Origin: Basidiobolus meristosporus CBS 931.73
Taxonomy: Eukaryota; Fungi; Basidiobolomycota
Assembly: GCA_002104905.1 (NCBI GenBank)
Contig: MCFE01000463.1
Coordinates: 6,971 to 70,970 of the forward strand
Length of the DNA stretch: 64,000 nucleotides
Reading direction: 5' to 3'
This document shows, piece after piece, positions 25,899 to 38,389 of the stretch; the stretch's first letter is position 1; every line of letters starts with the position of its first letter. Made by a program: the position numbers and the translations under genes. Below the pieces are notes generated by a model, which saw only the letters and a program-made list of their open reading frames with translations, was not told the origin of the DNA and did no database searches.

Positions 25899-26267
25899 TG
25901 TTGAAATATTGGACTATTTGGTATCATTCAGCAGCTAAAAATTTACTTAACAATTCTAGGCTAGTCTTAGTCACTGTAGGACTCATTTACTGCCTTTACT
26001 TCGCCACTTTCTCCAGATATATGATCTTATGATTATTCCCCTATAGTCAGGATCAAATTAGCACTATTACCAAACATTATGTACTAACCCTGAAACTGTT
26101 ACAGAATGCTCCTGAATATTGAGAAACCCTCCCTACTTAGTGTTGCAGCTGTATTACTTCTACAAAGGTATAAATACTGAGCTTCTTTATGAATAAACAA
26201 CAGTTCAACTATTATCACTATTTCTTGATAAGTTCCTTATATCCAAATCACTTCTTAAATTGCAACA
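25899..26267 (+). repeat. Copia 5' LTR
   Basis: tgttgaaata...ttgcaaca; identical by eye to 30216-30584. Confidence 0.97.
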
Positions 26268-26279
26268 GGTTATGAGCCC
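26268..26279 (+). promoter_or_regulatory. Primer-binding site, half-tRNA-iMet type
   Basis: ggttatgagccc directly after the LTR. This is the Ty5/Drosophila copia type PBS complementary to the iMet anticodon region; family E has the same PBS at 14561. Confidence 0.85.
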
Positions 26280-26303
26280 CGATTGCCTTAATCTATTCTA
26301 AAG

Positions 26304-29300
26304 ATGACTTCTACCAGCAAACAAAGCAATACCAACATCTTCCCTGTAAAGGAGAGGTTTGATGGGAAGAACTACAGACTTTGGAGAATCAAGATGCAGA
26401 TCCACCTTGAGGAAAGAAAGCTTTGGAATATAGTAACAGGAAAGGAAGTTGAGCCCAAAGGAACAGCAGAAGATGTGGAGAAGTTTCAAGAGAAGGAGAG
26501 AAAGGCCTTCAATGCAATATGCATCAATGTGCAAGACTCCTTCATTGGACAAATCCATGCCTCAAATACTGCCAAAGCAGCATGGGAATCCTTGGAGAAG
26601 ATCTTTAGAGCAAAGTCAGTATCAAGCAAGCTTTATTTGAAACGAAAGTTCTTCAACATGAGAAAAAAGCCAGATGATGACATGCTACAACTCATTACCA
26701 GAATGGAGACACTTGCAGAAGAACTTTACAGTATTAATGCTGGTGTAGATGATGAAGAAAAGATACTCTGTCTGCTTTGCAGCCTACCAGACGAGTATGA
26801 GCCACTCATACTTTCTTTTGAAAGCAGAGAAGACAACTTGACTTTAGACTATGTCAAAGGAAGACTTCTCCATGAAGAACTCAGACGTAATGACCAAGCA
26901 GAGAAAATTGAAGATAATGCTTTATTCAGTTCAGAAAGGCATACAGAAAAGAAGGGAAAGCAACAAAACCGAAGAAAACCTGGCTGCTGTAACTACTGTA
27001 AGAAGCCAGGACACTGGGCAAGAGAATGCAAGAAGAAACAAGCAGACGAAAAACAGAAACTAGAGCAGGCAAACCATATAACTACTGATGAACAGCTATT
27101 TGTCACTGTACAAGAGAGTGCAAGTAACCGAAGTAATGAATGGTATATTGACTCTGGAGCATCACAGCATATTTGTGGTATAAAGGATTGGTTCAGCAAC
27201 TTAAAGACTATTCCCGTAAGAAAGGTTTATCTGGGAGATAACTCTGCATTGGAAGCTACCGCCAGTGGGTCCATACAACTAAATATGAGTGATAACTCAG
27301 GGGCAACAACAGCAAAACTGACTGACGTACTCTATGTACCTGGAATAGCTAAGAACCTACTCTCAGTCAGTAAAGCAACTACTCAGGGACTGAAATTCGT
27401 TTTTACTAAGCTGAGCTGCTCAATATTGAGTGAAAATGGACAAAAATTAGCTTCGGGAATCAGAGATCACAATATATACAAGTTACAATGCAAGATCATT
27501 GTACCTGAGTATGTCAACATTGCTGAAACCGATGAAACCAACTGGGAGACGTGGCATAGGAGGCTAGGACACATAGGGGAACAGAAAATGAGCCAATTGG
27601 TGAAAAATCAGCTTGTTTTGGGCCTAAAATACTCAATTCCGATCAAATTGAATGTTTGTAAAGGATGTTCATATGGCAAACAAGCTAGGCAACGTTTCAA
27701 GAGCTCAGAAGGCATCAATACCACCGAAATATTGGCTATTGTACACTCAGACATATGTGGCCCCATGAGAACACTGTCCTTTGGAGCCAAGAGATACTTT
27801 ATGACGTTTATTGATGACAAGACAAGATATACATGGGTGTACTTCCTCAAAACAAAGGATGAAGCTTTAGAGACGTTTAAGCACTTCAAGAACATGGCAG
27901 AAACACAAACTGGGTGTAAATTGAAGGTACTACGAAGTGACAATGGAGGAGAATACTGCTCAAAGGAGTTTGCAAAATACTGCTTGTCTACTGGTATACT
28001 TCAACAGACCACAGTTCCTCATACTCCACAGCAAAATGGAGTAGCAGAACGTGCAAACAGAACAATAGTAGAGATGGGAAGATCTATGCTACATGATAAG
28101 GGAATGGACTACAAGTTTTGGGCTGAATCTGTTGCTACCGCTGTATACATCAAGAACAGATGCCCAACAACAGCACTACGTGATTCTACACCCTTTGAAG
28201 CATATACAGGCAAAAAACCAGATCTCCAGCACCTCAGGATCTTTGGCAGTGATGTTTTTTATCACATCCCTGACAAAAAACGCTCAAAGTTGGAACCAAA
28301 GAGTAGAAAAGGGATCTTTCTTGGGTATTGTGAAGGTACTAAAGGGTATAGAGTGTATGATGGCGAAATTCAGAAGCTGATCAAGAGCAGGGATGTTGTA
28401 TTTGAGGAGAATTCAGATCAGAAAGCCACAGAAATCATTGGCCAGCTGCGTGATGATGCAATCAACACAAATGAAGAAGATACGTACCAAATCCAGCCAG
28501 AGATGGAAGATACTTCTACCAGTTCCAGATCAGAACAGATTATCCCAGTTAGGAGATCTACCAGAATAAGAAATGCCCCTGGATCCTGGTGGCAGACATC
28601 CAATGATCATGAAGAAGCTTATCTTGCCTTATGTGCCGAACCTCAGAATCTGGAACAGGCAATGCAAGGTCCAGATGCTACTAAGTGGCAACAAGCCATG
28701 CAGGAGGAGTACCAATCACTGATCAAGGCAAAAACGTGGGAACTGGTAGATTTACCAAATGGGAGAAAGCCAATAGGATGTAGATGGGTCTATAAGATCA
28801 AGATAACCTCAAATGGTGCCGTTGATAAGTACAAGGCTAGATTGGTAGCTAAAGGCTATTCCCAGATCCAGGGACTAGACTTTAAGGAAACATTTGCTCC
28901 GGTTGCCAAGTTTAACTCTATTAGGACAGTTCTAGCCCTGGCAGCTGTACACAGTCTAGATCTACACCAAATGGACGTCAAAACAGCCTTTCTAAATGGG
29001 GATTTGCAAGAAACTATATATATGGAGCAACCAGAAGGTTTTACCAATCCAAAAAGCCCCCATAAGGTGTGCAAACTTAGAAAATCGTTGTATGGGCTTA
29101 AGCAGGCACCCAGAGCATGGTATAACAAGATTGACACATATCTAGAGGAAATTGGGTTCTCTCGTAGCACTGCAGATCACAGTATATATGTGAAACAGCT
29201 CAAAAAGGGTGTGATCATCCTAGTTCTTTATGTGGACGACCTAATTATAGCTACAAGTGATCAAGAGGCACTTAAACAGACGAAATCAGATCTCTTCAGC

Positions 29301-30221
29301 AAGTTTGAGATGAAAGATCTTGGAAAATTGAGCTATTTTCTTGGAATTGAGGTCAAATTTGACATACCTACGCAGAAAATTGTGCTGAATCAGTCTAAGT
29401 ACATCAGGGACATTCTTAGACGCTTCAAAATGGAAAATTGCAAACCTGCAGCAACCCCTATGGACAATAACCTGAAATTAAGCAAATCTCAGCCAGTTAT
29501 GGATGAAAACGGCTCAAATATGGACCAAAACTTTCCCTATCAATCAATGGTCGGTAGCCTAATGTACTTGATGGTGTCTACACGTCCAGATATTGCAGTA
29601 GCAGTTGGAATAGTCAGTCAATTCATGCAGAATTATGGATCAGATCAAATTGCAGCAGTTAAGCGGATTTTCAGATATCTACAAGGTACCATAAATATGG
29701 TACTGGAATACTCTGGAGCAGCTAATAGGCGAAAATTTGATGGTTATAGTGATTCAGATTGGGGTAGAGATCTGATTGACAGACGCTCTACCACAGGCTA
29801 TGTATTTCTTTATGCTGGTGCAGCTATTACTTGGAATTGCAAGAAACAACCAACTGTGGCACTATCTACAACTGAAGCCAAATATATGGCTGCATGTCAA
29901 GCAACTAAGGAGGCTATATGGCTACAAAAATTATTCAAAGACTTAGGTTTTAATTCAGGTGAACCAACATGTATTTACAAGGATAATCAAAGTTGTATTT
30001 CATTAGCTAGAAATCCTACTAATCATGCCAGAACTAAGCACATTGATATACAGCATCACTTTGTGAGGGAAGCTGTAGAAAATAACTTAGTAGAGCTGGT
30101 TTACTGCCCAACTGACAAAATGGTGGCAGACATATTGACAAAACCACTAGCTAGGCCACAGTTTGAGATCCTTAGAGAGAAATTGGGATTAAGAAATTAT
30201 TTAGTTGAGGGGGAGTGTTGA
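26304..30221 (+). CDS. gag-pol: Copia Gag-Pol polyprotein, 1305 aa (Gag, CCHC, PR, IN, RT, RNase H)
   Basis: CNYCKKPGHWAREC; WYIDSGAS; WHRRLGH; HSDICGP/FIDD/SDNGGEY/NGVAER; MDVKTAF/LYGLKQA/YVDD; YSDSDWG/KHID. PPT gagggggag at 30207-30215. Confidence 0.97.
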   Translation: MTSTSKQSNTNIFPVKERFDGKNYRLWRIKMQIHLEERKLWNIVTGKEVEPKGTAEDVEKFQEKERKAFNAICINVQDSFIGQIHASNTAKAAWESLEKIFRAKSVSSKLYLKRKFFNMRKKPDDDMLQLITRMETLAEELYSINAGVDDEEKILCLLCSLPDEYEPLILSFESREDNLTLDYVKGRLLHEELRRNDQAEKIEDNALFSSERHTEKKGKQQNRRKPGCCNYCKKPGHWARECKKKQADEKQKLEQANHITTDEQLFVTVQESASNRSNEWYIDSGASQHICGIKDWFSNLKTIPVRKVYLGDNSALEATASGSIQLNMSDNSGATTAKLTDVLYVPGIAKNLLSVSKATTQGLKFVFTKLSCSILSENGQKLASGIRDHNIYKLQCKIIVPEYVNIAETDETNWETWHRRLGHIGEQKMSQLVKNQLVLGLKYSIPIKLNVCKGCSYGKQARQRFKSSEGINTTEILAIVHSDICGPMRTLSFGAKRYFMTFIDDKTRYTWVYFLKTKDEALETFKHFKNMAETQTGCKLKVLRSDNGGEYCSKEFAKYCLSTGILQQTTVPHTPQQNGVAERANRTIVEMGRSMLHDKGMDYKFWAESVATAVYIKNRCPTTALRDSTPFEAYTGKKPDLQHLRIFGSDVFYHIPDKKRSKLEPKSRKGIFLGYCEGTKGYRVYDGEIQKLIKSRDVVFEENSDQKATEIIGQLRDDAINTNEEDTYQIQPEMEDTSTSSRSEQIIPVRRSTRIRNAPGSWWQTSNDHEEAYLALCAEPQNLEQAMQGPDATKWQQAMQEEYQSLIKAKTWELVDLPNGRKPIGCRWVYKIKITSNGAVDKYKARLVAKGYSQIQGLDFKETFAPVAKFNSIRTVLALAAVHSLDLHQMDVKTAFLNGDLQETIYMEQPEGFTNPKSPHKVCKLRKSLYGLKQAPRAWYNKIDTYLEEIGFSRSTADHSIYVKQLKKGVIILVLYVDDLIIATSDQEALKQTKSDLFSKFEMKDLGKLSYFLGIEVKFDIPTQKIVLNQSKYIRDILRRFKMENCKPAATPMDNNLKLSKSQPVMDENGSNMDQNFPYQSMVGSLMYLMVSTRPDIAVAVGIVSQFMQNYGSDQIAAVKRIFRYLQGTINMVLEYSGAANRRKFDGYSDSDWGRDLIDRRSTTGYVFLYAGAAITWNCKKQPTVALSTTEAKYMAACQATKEAIWLQKLFKDLGFNSGEPTCIYKDNQSCISLARNPTNHARTKHIDIQHHFVREAVENNLVELVYCPTDKMVADILTKPLARPQFEILREKLGLRNYLVEGEC

Positions 30222-30584
30222 AATATTGGACTATTTGGTATCATTCAGCAGCTAAAAATTTACTTAACAATTCTAGGCTAGTCTTAGTCACTGTAGGACT
30301 CATTTACTGCCTTTACTTCGCCACTTTCTCCAGATATATGATCTTATGATTATTCCCCTATAGTCAGGATCAAATTAGCACTATTACCAAACATTATGTA
30401 CTAACCCTGAAACTGTTACAGAATGCTCCTGAATATTGAGAAACCCTCCCTACTTAGTGTTGCAGCTGTATTACTTCTACAAAGGTATAAATACTGAGCT
30501 TCTTTATGAATAAACAACAGTTCAACTATTATCACTATTTCTTGATAAGTTCCTTATATCCAAATCACTTCTTAAATTGCAACA
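30216..30584 (+). repeat. Copia 3' LTR
   Basis: Follows the PPT and is followed by TSD gagac. Confidence 0.97.
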
Positions 30585-31719
30585 GAGACTACCATCAGAT
30601 TTCTGCCCTGATAGTGCAAGATAGGCAGCAGATTCAGATAGATAAGTATCAATGGCCAGCAGGATTTGGTAGTAGAGTACTTGTTAAATGAGAAACCATC
30701 AACTGCCAAGGCAAAAGCATGGTGATACATACCTTGAAAATAGCTCTGGCTTCTAAGCTGTTTGTAATGTTTGCCATCAAACAGACTGAATATATTTCTG
30801 CTTGATTGATACTGAGTGCAGTACTTTATAACTTCACAATATGTGTTGGACTGTGTGAGCTTTTTATATGGGTATTACCAAAATATATCTGGAGTAATAA
30901 CCATGTTATCCCCTAGTGGTGGTGGATACCTGACAAGTTGGATATGTTGCAATGGTGCATTTCCTGATATGAATGTCAAGCAAGTGTTAGCACATGCTGG
31001 TATCAGAACAGGCTCTTGGTCACATGCTACCAGCAGCATGAGGGTTGTCTATTTATACCATGTACATGGTAAGTTGCATCCTGTGATGATCTTGGCAAGA
31101 AGTAATAGTAAATCCTCAAATCCCCCATTGCTGATATTAGCGGAAATGCACCGCTTCTCTAACCGCAACATCGCATCATTCATCAGTAGATGAATTACTG
31201 GGCACACTTGACCCCGTTAAGTCTCTTTGGCAATATTTCCACAGGTGTTGTCTCATTGCATAATGGGATTTTGCCAGGCTCATGAATGGTACTGTTGTCT
31301 GGGAAGATTGGCTCACAATGCATCAGTGAGCCTGCTTCTTCAGAGTTAGCACTCTGCATGCCATATTCAAAATGCTGGGGTGAGCCCAGAGGCATCACAA
31401 ACTTGCCTTACTCAGTTTGCACTAGGTGACAGGTACAGCTAGGTGCTTTTACAGAAGTATGAAGCAGCTGGCAAGATATTGTTGGATCATTAGTGACAGG
31501 TGAGTAGTCAAATATGACTTGCATGGCAAAGCACTGGCAGCAATCCTTGTAATACTTCCTATGCTGTATGCATGCTTCATGGTCAAGAGGCTTGCTACAA
31601 TAGCCACATGATCTTTTTCTCTTAAGTCATTGAATCATAGTGGTCTTGTCCATGGGGTAAACAGCTTGACACCCAACAAGGTAATGCTGTTATATGACTT
31701 TTTTGTCAATACCTATGTG

Positions 31720-33180
31720 AATATAAGGCCAAAGAATTGTTGAGGCAATTAGGTGCAGTGGTTGATAGAATAGATGCAATGGCCTAGAAGACAGGAAATA
31801 GTCCAGAAATAGGATAAGCAGATAATATGTGTAGAGCTAGCCATATCCCAGTGGAGAAAGCAATATCTTTGCTGCAAAGAAGCAACTCAAGTAGCTTAAT
31901 GTCACAACCAACCATTGAGCCATTCCCCAACATATCAGTAGCGGAATACTGTACTGTCTTTGAAGCACAACAACTGCAGCAGCTGATAAAGCCCATAGAA
32001 AAACCTATCACAGCAAAGGAGGGAGAGAATGTAATGTTTATGCCAAGCCCTAAGAGTCAAGAGACATTGAAGATCCATTGAGCAGTTGAGTGCAAAAATG
32101 AAAAGTGGGCTAACATTCAACATGCTGTTAGAAATCTAGCACACCAACACCTTAAGGCCAGCATACCATGGGACCTTCAGGAACTCAAGGTCTAGCAGCA
32201 TACTCATGACATGCTCCATGAGCATTATCCTGGACTCAAACAAGCAAATAGATACTGGGCTAGCATTGATATGCTAAGAAAGCATCTCAAGAATAACAGA
32301 GACTATCAAAGGTAGAAGACCAAAGGTGCAATGTCTGAAGACATGTGGCTTCCTGAAGAGCCCTTCACAAGCAGGGCTGAGAGCTGTATACAAGCATCAG
32401 AGACAGGTTGGGTAGCCAGAAGAGTGCCAATGAGGGAAAAGCCAGCAGACTCAGATGAGCCAGCATAACATAAACCAAGGAGATAGCATGGTTCTACTCA
32501 AGAAGCACTCAGTCAAAGTAGCAGTGAAGGAGCTGGCAGTGATAAAGACAAGCGGCTACCTCAAAAGCCCATCATAGCTTGGGCTAAGTGCCCAAGACAG
32601 GCAGAAACAAAGTGTTGAGTTGCCCACAGCATGCCAGCAAGAGACAAGCAGGCCAATACAGATGCATCAGAGCAGCATCTAGCAGGAAGAAAAAAATAGT
32701 TCAGTACAAGAAGCACTTTGTCAAAGTAGCAGTGTGAGACCTGGCAGTGACAAAGGAGAAGACAAAAGGAAAATTGTCTACCCAAGTAAGTAAAAGGGAA
32801 GTATAAGAAAACAGATGTTTTCACAAGAGTTGCAAGTAGAGCTAGTTGAGGTACACTCTGGTGAGGCAGATGAGCTTGCAGAGAAAGGCAATTTGTCCAC
32901 CACATCCTACATGCATTCTGTTGTTGACAGAGTGGAGATCCCTCCAACACACAAAGTAACAAGGTCAAGAACTCAAAAGGCTGTCACAATCCCTTCAGTG
33001 AAATCTTAGAACATTAATAGGTATACCAAGATGTTGCAGCACTTCTCCAAGAGCAATGCTCAAGAAAATGCACTTGAGTATTGCAAGGATTTATTGCAAA
33101 GACTGGCAGACAAGGTGCTAAACCATGCAGTGCCAGCTGAAGACCAGGATGTGTGGGAGCCAGTGAATGAGCAGTGACAT
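31720..33180 (+). pseudogene. Second ORF next to the CACTA transposase (coiled coil, helical domain, low-complexity repeats)
   Basis: Interrupted frame containing WANIQHAVRNLAHQHL..W..Q..YPGLKQANRYWASIDMLRKHLKNNR; homologous to 48240-48960 (-) and 18887-19070 (-). Confidence 0.5.
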
Positions 33181-33189
33181 TAAGCCAAA

Positions 33190-33864
33190 TTTGAGAGCTT
33201 TGACTTTCCCAATCAATCTATGGTCAGTAGTCCAATGTATATCATTGAAGTGCAGCAGTTAAGTGGATTTCTAGATACCTAAAAGGAACTGCTGACATCT
33301 GCTTGAGATACACTTACATGAATTCAGAACAAGATTTTGTGAGATACCCTGATGCTGATTGGGGATGAAATTTGGATGACAGATCATCCACCACAGAATA
33401 CACCTTTCTATACTGTAAAGGAGCAATTTCATTGAATTCAAGAATGCAACCAACCATAGCACTTTCTATCACAGAGGCAGAGTATATGGCAGCCTGTGAG
33501 GCTACAAGAGAAGCAATGTGGCTGAGGAAACCTCTTAAAGATTTAGGCTTACTTAAAAAAATGCTTGTAACTTTATTTTAAGACAATCAAGGACGTATAC
33601 AATAGGGTAGATATCAAACCTTTCATGCTAGTACTAAATACATGGATATTACAGACCATTTCATACGTAAAGCTATAAAGAGTAACTTTGTGAATTTTGT
33701 TTACTGATTTACAGATGAGATGAGTGCAGACATACTTCTCAAACCATTAGCTAGGGATAAGTTTGCATGACTAAGGTCAAAATTAGGACTAGTCAGTATT
33801 AAAACCTAGTTAAGTAGGAGTGTTGTAAAAGTTTGTAATTCCTCCTAAATATTCACAAAACATA
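33190..33864 (+). mobile_element. Copia E 3' fragment (RNase H, PPT, start of LTR)
   Basis: DRSSTT.YTF, TEAEYMAA, then gtaggagtgttgtaaaag; truncated by the family F LTR. Confidence 0.8.
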
Positions 33865-34286
33865 TGTGGGTTACTACTGACTGTACAGGGTGAGTGGGAG
33901 AGCTTGTAGGTCAAGTCAGTACCACTTGGTTCAGAATAGCTTCCAATAGAAGGTAGCAAGGTAATCAAGACTTGTGGTTATTCTGTCCAAATCCTCTTGT
34001 CCTCTCACTTGGTTCAATTGGGTAGATATATATATCACATGGGGGGGCTTAGATAATAGACAATGTGTTATAAAATAGGGGTGTGAGCACCTTCCTGTTA
34101 TGGTAAGTGCTCTAACTAGATAAGGGTAGGGATTGGAGGGAGGGCATGTGGGGGAATCATAGGGAGGATACTGGGGGACTTTGGGTAGGACTCTGGGGAG
34201 AACTCTTTGGCAAAGAGTGGGTACTGCATTTAGTACTCACATATCCCAGGGGTTAAGAGGGAGCTTTGTCCTCAAAGTTCTTTTGA

Positions 34287-35027
34287 CTAACTTGCTTCTC
34301 CAGGGTTGATTTTGTTCACAGAGCATGGGGAGTCACCATAGTACCATTGCTGGTTGTCACTTGCAAGGGGGTTGTTGGCAAATACCTGATACCCTTTGGC
34401 AGCAGAGTGAGGTGCAGCTTGCATTGCTTGAGGGATGTTTTCCACAGAGCCAAATAGTTGGCAAACCATAGGGTTTGGAGTAAGTTCCTTAGGAGGGTTG
34501 GAGAACAAGAAAAGGAGCAATAGCGTGATAAAGTCTTGCTTCTTTATCTTGCAAACATTGTCAGGGCTTGTCCTTTTTGTGTTCAATATGACAGCAGAGG
34601 ACCTTTTGAAGAGGGCGTACACTTGGTTGGCAGTCACCCGTTGTTGATAACATGTTTTTGCTTCTTCCAAGATGTATTGTAGTTCTTCTGTAGAAATTGT
34701 GGCACAATCAAGGCGCTTTTGTACTTGCCTCACAGTTTCTACAGAGTCTGTGGCAGTTTCTTTGGCTTCTTGGAGTTGGACTTTGTACTGGTTCCTGAGT
34801 TGTCCTATGGTAAGCTGCTGTAATAGTTGTAACACAGCAACTTGGTGGATTGCATGGGTTAACTGACCGGTTTATTTAATCCATTTGAGTATCTTCTCTA
34901 AGATGGTTCCTTCTTGGAAATATGGTTCAAGATGTTTGCAAATTTCTTGGAGGAGTCCTTCAATTGGGAGTTCTACTTCTGGTGCTCTTGCAGCTTGTGC
35001 CAGGTCTGGGTATACTTCAACAACCAT
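34287..35027 (-). pseudogene. Extra ORF between integrase and the 3' LTR (about 246 codons, one in-frame TAA)
   Basis: Reads MVVEVYPDLAQAAR...KWIK*TGQLTHAIHQVAVLQLLQQ... in a single frame into the 182-aa ORF at 34287-34835. Confidence 0.6.
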
Positions 35028-37656
35028 GGTATCTATCAATGGCAAATATGCAACAAAATAGGGGGGCTCTCAAGGTCTTGCAAGGGTGTGACAGTTGATT
35101 CCTTGTGTCTTCTGTCTAACTGTGTCCAGTATGAACTTAAACTTTGTATGTATCCCGTGTCTTCCTCTATCCTTGTCCTGATAATTGTTTAATCACACTT
35201 CAGCTTTGGTGATGATAAGTGGATCATCATGAGACGGTTTCAGATGGGTGGCACTATGTTGCTGATTGTCTTATTGTTCAGGGTAATGGTGTACTCTGGC
35301 CCGTGGTCCAAACTAATGATGGTGCAAGGGCCAATCCATTGGGGTGTAAATTGTGGGCAAAACTTGAAGCCTGCTATGGTTTGATTGTACCACACTGTAG
35401 TGCCTGGTTTCCACTTTTGTCCCATTAGTTTTTCATTTTTGGGTGGAGGGGGAATGTGCTTGTCAACATTTTTGAACACTTTTATGTATAGGTGGGCAAT
35501 ACAGTGTATCAACCTTTCTACAAAGTTGTTATGTGTTGTCAAGGGGACACCTTCCATTGTCAATCCAGCTTCTTCATGCCACTTGGGCCTTTGTCCATAC
35601 AGAACTTTGTACAGGGAGAAACCTGTTGTTTTATTTGGTATTGTATGCATTGCTAGAAGTGTCAGTGGGAGTAGCTTGGCCCATGATTGGGGAAGTTGCC
35701 AGTGGAGCTTCTCTAGTATGCGGCAACATGTCTGGTTCATCCTCTTGGTTAGTCTGTTGGTCTGGGGGTGATACACGGCCATGAAGACCTGTTTCACGCC
35801 CATCATTTTGCACAAATGGGCCACGGTGTTGTTCAGGAAGGAGCCACCATTGTTGGACAGGATTATCTGAGGATATCTGTGCTGGCAGATGAGGTGTTCT
35901 AGAATGAATTGGGCAGTTGTCTTCTGGTCTTTATTTTGAACAGCTTGGGCTTCTACCCACTTTGAGAAATAATTGTTAGCAATTATTATGTATTGTTCTC
36001 CTTTCTTTGTTTTCCTAGAGGGCCCAACAAAGTCAATCCCTACCCAATGGAAGGTTAGGTCAAGTGGTTTTGGTGTGGTTGTCCCTACCTTTTGACTCTA
36101 GTTAAATCTTTTGCAGGTGGAGCATCTTTGTAGTGAATGCACAACATTGGTCATCATTTCTTTCCAATAAAACGTCTTTCTTAACATCTTGTATGTCATT
36201 AGTGGGTTAGTGTGTCCTAATGACATATGTCTTACTTGTATGATTTCTCTGCAGGCAGGTACCTGGGGTACCTCAACTCTGAACTGTTCTTGGAGGAACC
36301 ACAATTGGTTTTCTTGTACTTTGTACTGACACCATTTCTTTCAAAAGTCTCTCTTGTGCTTGTTTGTAATGACATGTCTGGGGTACTTCCCTCTTCTTTT
36401 AAAGCAGATTACGTCTTTGTAGTCATTGTTGATGAGTACCTGGCAAATGGGATAGCAACTGCGGAAGTCTGTGTCTTGGTGTTTCTTGCCTGCACAATGA
36501 ATTATTTTGAAGTTGTATTCTTGTAGTTGGAGGGCCCAACATGCTAGTCAACCCATAGAGTCTTTAGTTTTCATCAGCCAGACCAGTGCGCTGTGGTCTG
36601 TTACTATTGTGAATTGGCAACCATGTATGTATGTGTGGAATTGTTTAACTGAATAAACAACAGCCAGACATTCTATCTTGGTAACAGGGTAGTGACATTT
36701 GTGTTTGTTTAGCAAATGGCTAATGTAACCAATTGGGTGGAATTTGTTGGCTTGGTGATATTGTCCCAGTATGGCGCCTATACAGGTGAGACTTCCATCA
36801 CAGTTAATAAAAAATCTTGTATCCCAATTGAGAAAACGTAACACTGACGGTGATGTTAGGGAATGTTTCAGCTGATCAAATGCTCTCTTTTGAGGCTCCA
36901 ACCATACAAAACATTGGCCTTTTTGTGTCAATTTTTACAGGGGGGCTGCTATTGTTGCAAAGTTTTTGACAAAGTGGCAATAGTAGCCGGCTAATCCTAG
37001 GAATCCCAACACTGCATTAATATCCTTTGGTGCAGGTGTATCTTGAACAGCTTTCAGGAGTGAAGTAGATGGGTATGTTCCATCTGCCAAGATCTTGTGG
37101 CCCAGGAACAGCAATTTTGTATACAGGAAATGGCACTTCTTGGGATGTGGTTTGAGTTGGTTCTCAAGGAGAGCTGTCAGGATACGTTGCACATTGTGTA
37201 TATGTTCTTCTACATTGGGGGAATATATTGTGATGTTGTCTATATACACAAGAGCGCATTCCCATTGTAGATTTTCTAGCACCTTGTTGATCATCCTTTG
37301 GAACATAGTGGGGGCATTGCACAAGCCAAAGGGTAGTCAGTTCCATTTGTACAATCCAAATGATGTTATAAAGTGGTTCTGGGTCAATCTTCCAGGGCTA
37401 CTTCTACTTGCCAATACCCAGAGATTAAGTCAAGAGAGCTAAAATATTTGGCTCCAATTAATCTGTCCAACAGGTTGTCTATTTGCGGTAGTGGATACAC
37501 GTCCTTCCAGGTGAAGGCGTTCAATTTTCAGTAGTCAATGCAAAAGTGTTGCTTTCTGTCTTTCTTTGGGACTATCATTACAGGGGAGGCCCACAGAGAC
37601 TGGCTCTCTGTAATGATGTCATCTTTCAATAAAGTTTCAATTGTCTCTTTGATATA

Positions 37657-38389
37657 AGACTTGTTCCGTTGGATAGTGCCACATTGAGCCATGAGTGCCA
37701 AATGATGCCATAGTGTGCCAGAGAGGCCCAGTGAGCCTCTACCTGGCCACAGAGTGTGAAACATAGCTCTGCATCTTCATGGACAGCAGCCCCTGTGTTT
37801 CACCCATTGTGTCTGAGAAAATCCATTTTTTGACCTTTTTTTTGGATCAATGTTGTGCAGGATGTGTTTGAGCACAAGCAGAATGACAATATGCATCTGG
37901 TACTCAATACCCATGGCACTCTGAATCTAGCTCCTGTAGCTTGTATCATGTCACAAAAATGAATGGCACTATCTTGGTCCACTGGCACTATCTGGCACTA
38001 TATTTAAATATTAGCCCTAAAGTAAGAGCTATACAAAGCACTTATAGTGCCAGATAGTGCCAGTGGACCAAGATAGTGCCATTCATTTTTGTGACATGAT
38101 ACAAGCTACAGGAGCTAGATTCAGAGTGCCATGGGTATTGAGTACCAGATGCATATCTTCAGTTCTCCTGTGCTCTTACACATCCTGAGCTACATTGATC
38201 CACAAAAAAAGGTCAAAAAATGGATTTTCTCCTGCGCAATGGGTGAAACACAGGGGCTGCTATCCATGAAGATGCAGAGCTATGTTTCACACTCTGTGGC
38301 CAGGTAGAGGCTCACTTGGCCTCTCTGGCACACTATGGCATCATTTGGCACTCATGGCTCAATGTGGCACTATCCAACGGAACAAGTCT
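37657..38389. mobile_element. Fold-back MITE (733 bp) inserted in the family F RT
   Basis: TSD ata/ata; removing it restores NLKIDTDY|IKETIETLL. Arms 37657-38002 and 38043-38389. Confidence 0.95.

Larger units (their letters stand above)
25899..30584 (+). mobile_element. Recent full-length Ty1/copia retrotransposon (4686 bp)
   Basis: Two identical 369-bp TG...CA LTRs, 5-bp TSD gagac, PBS, PPT and a single ORF. An empty paralogous site cagataccattgagactaccatcag lies near 47708-47732. Confidence 0.98.
24840..31400 (-). pseudogene. CACTA/EnSpm transposase, decayed and split by the copia insertion
   Basis: Reverse strand reads NISNGGFEDLLLLLAK..LPCTWY, IPACANTCLTF, IFSLFDGKHYKQL, ALAVDGFSFNKY..SCWPL..LNLLP, and later LLHL..GPCFTFWEFP. 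Confidence 0.8.

Noticed and set aside
30816-31193. A 125-aa plus-strand ORF
   Set aside because: It is the shadow of the minus-strand CACTA transposase N-terminus.
31440-31720. Plus-strand words resembling KDZ/Zisupton transposase motifs
   Set aside because: They need several frameshifts and are too degenerate; the adjacent minus strand gives a coherent CACTA transposase.
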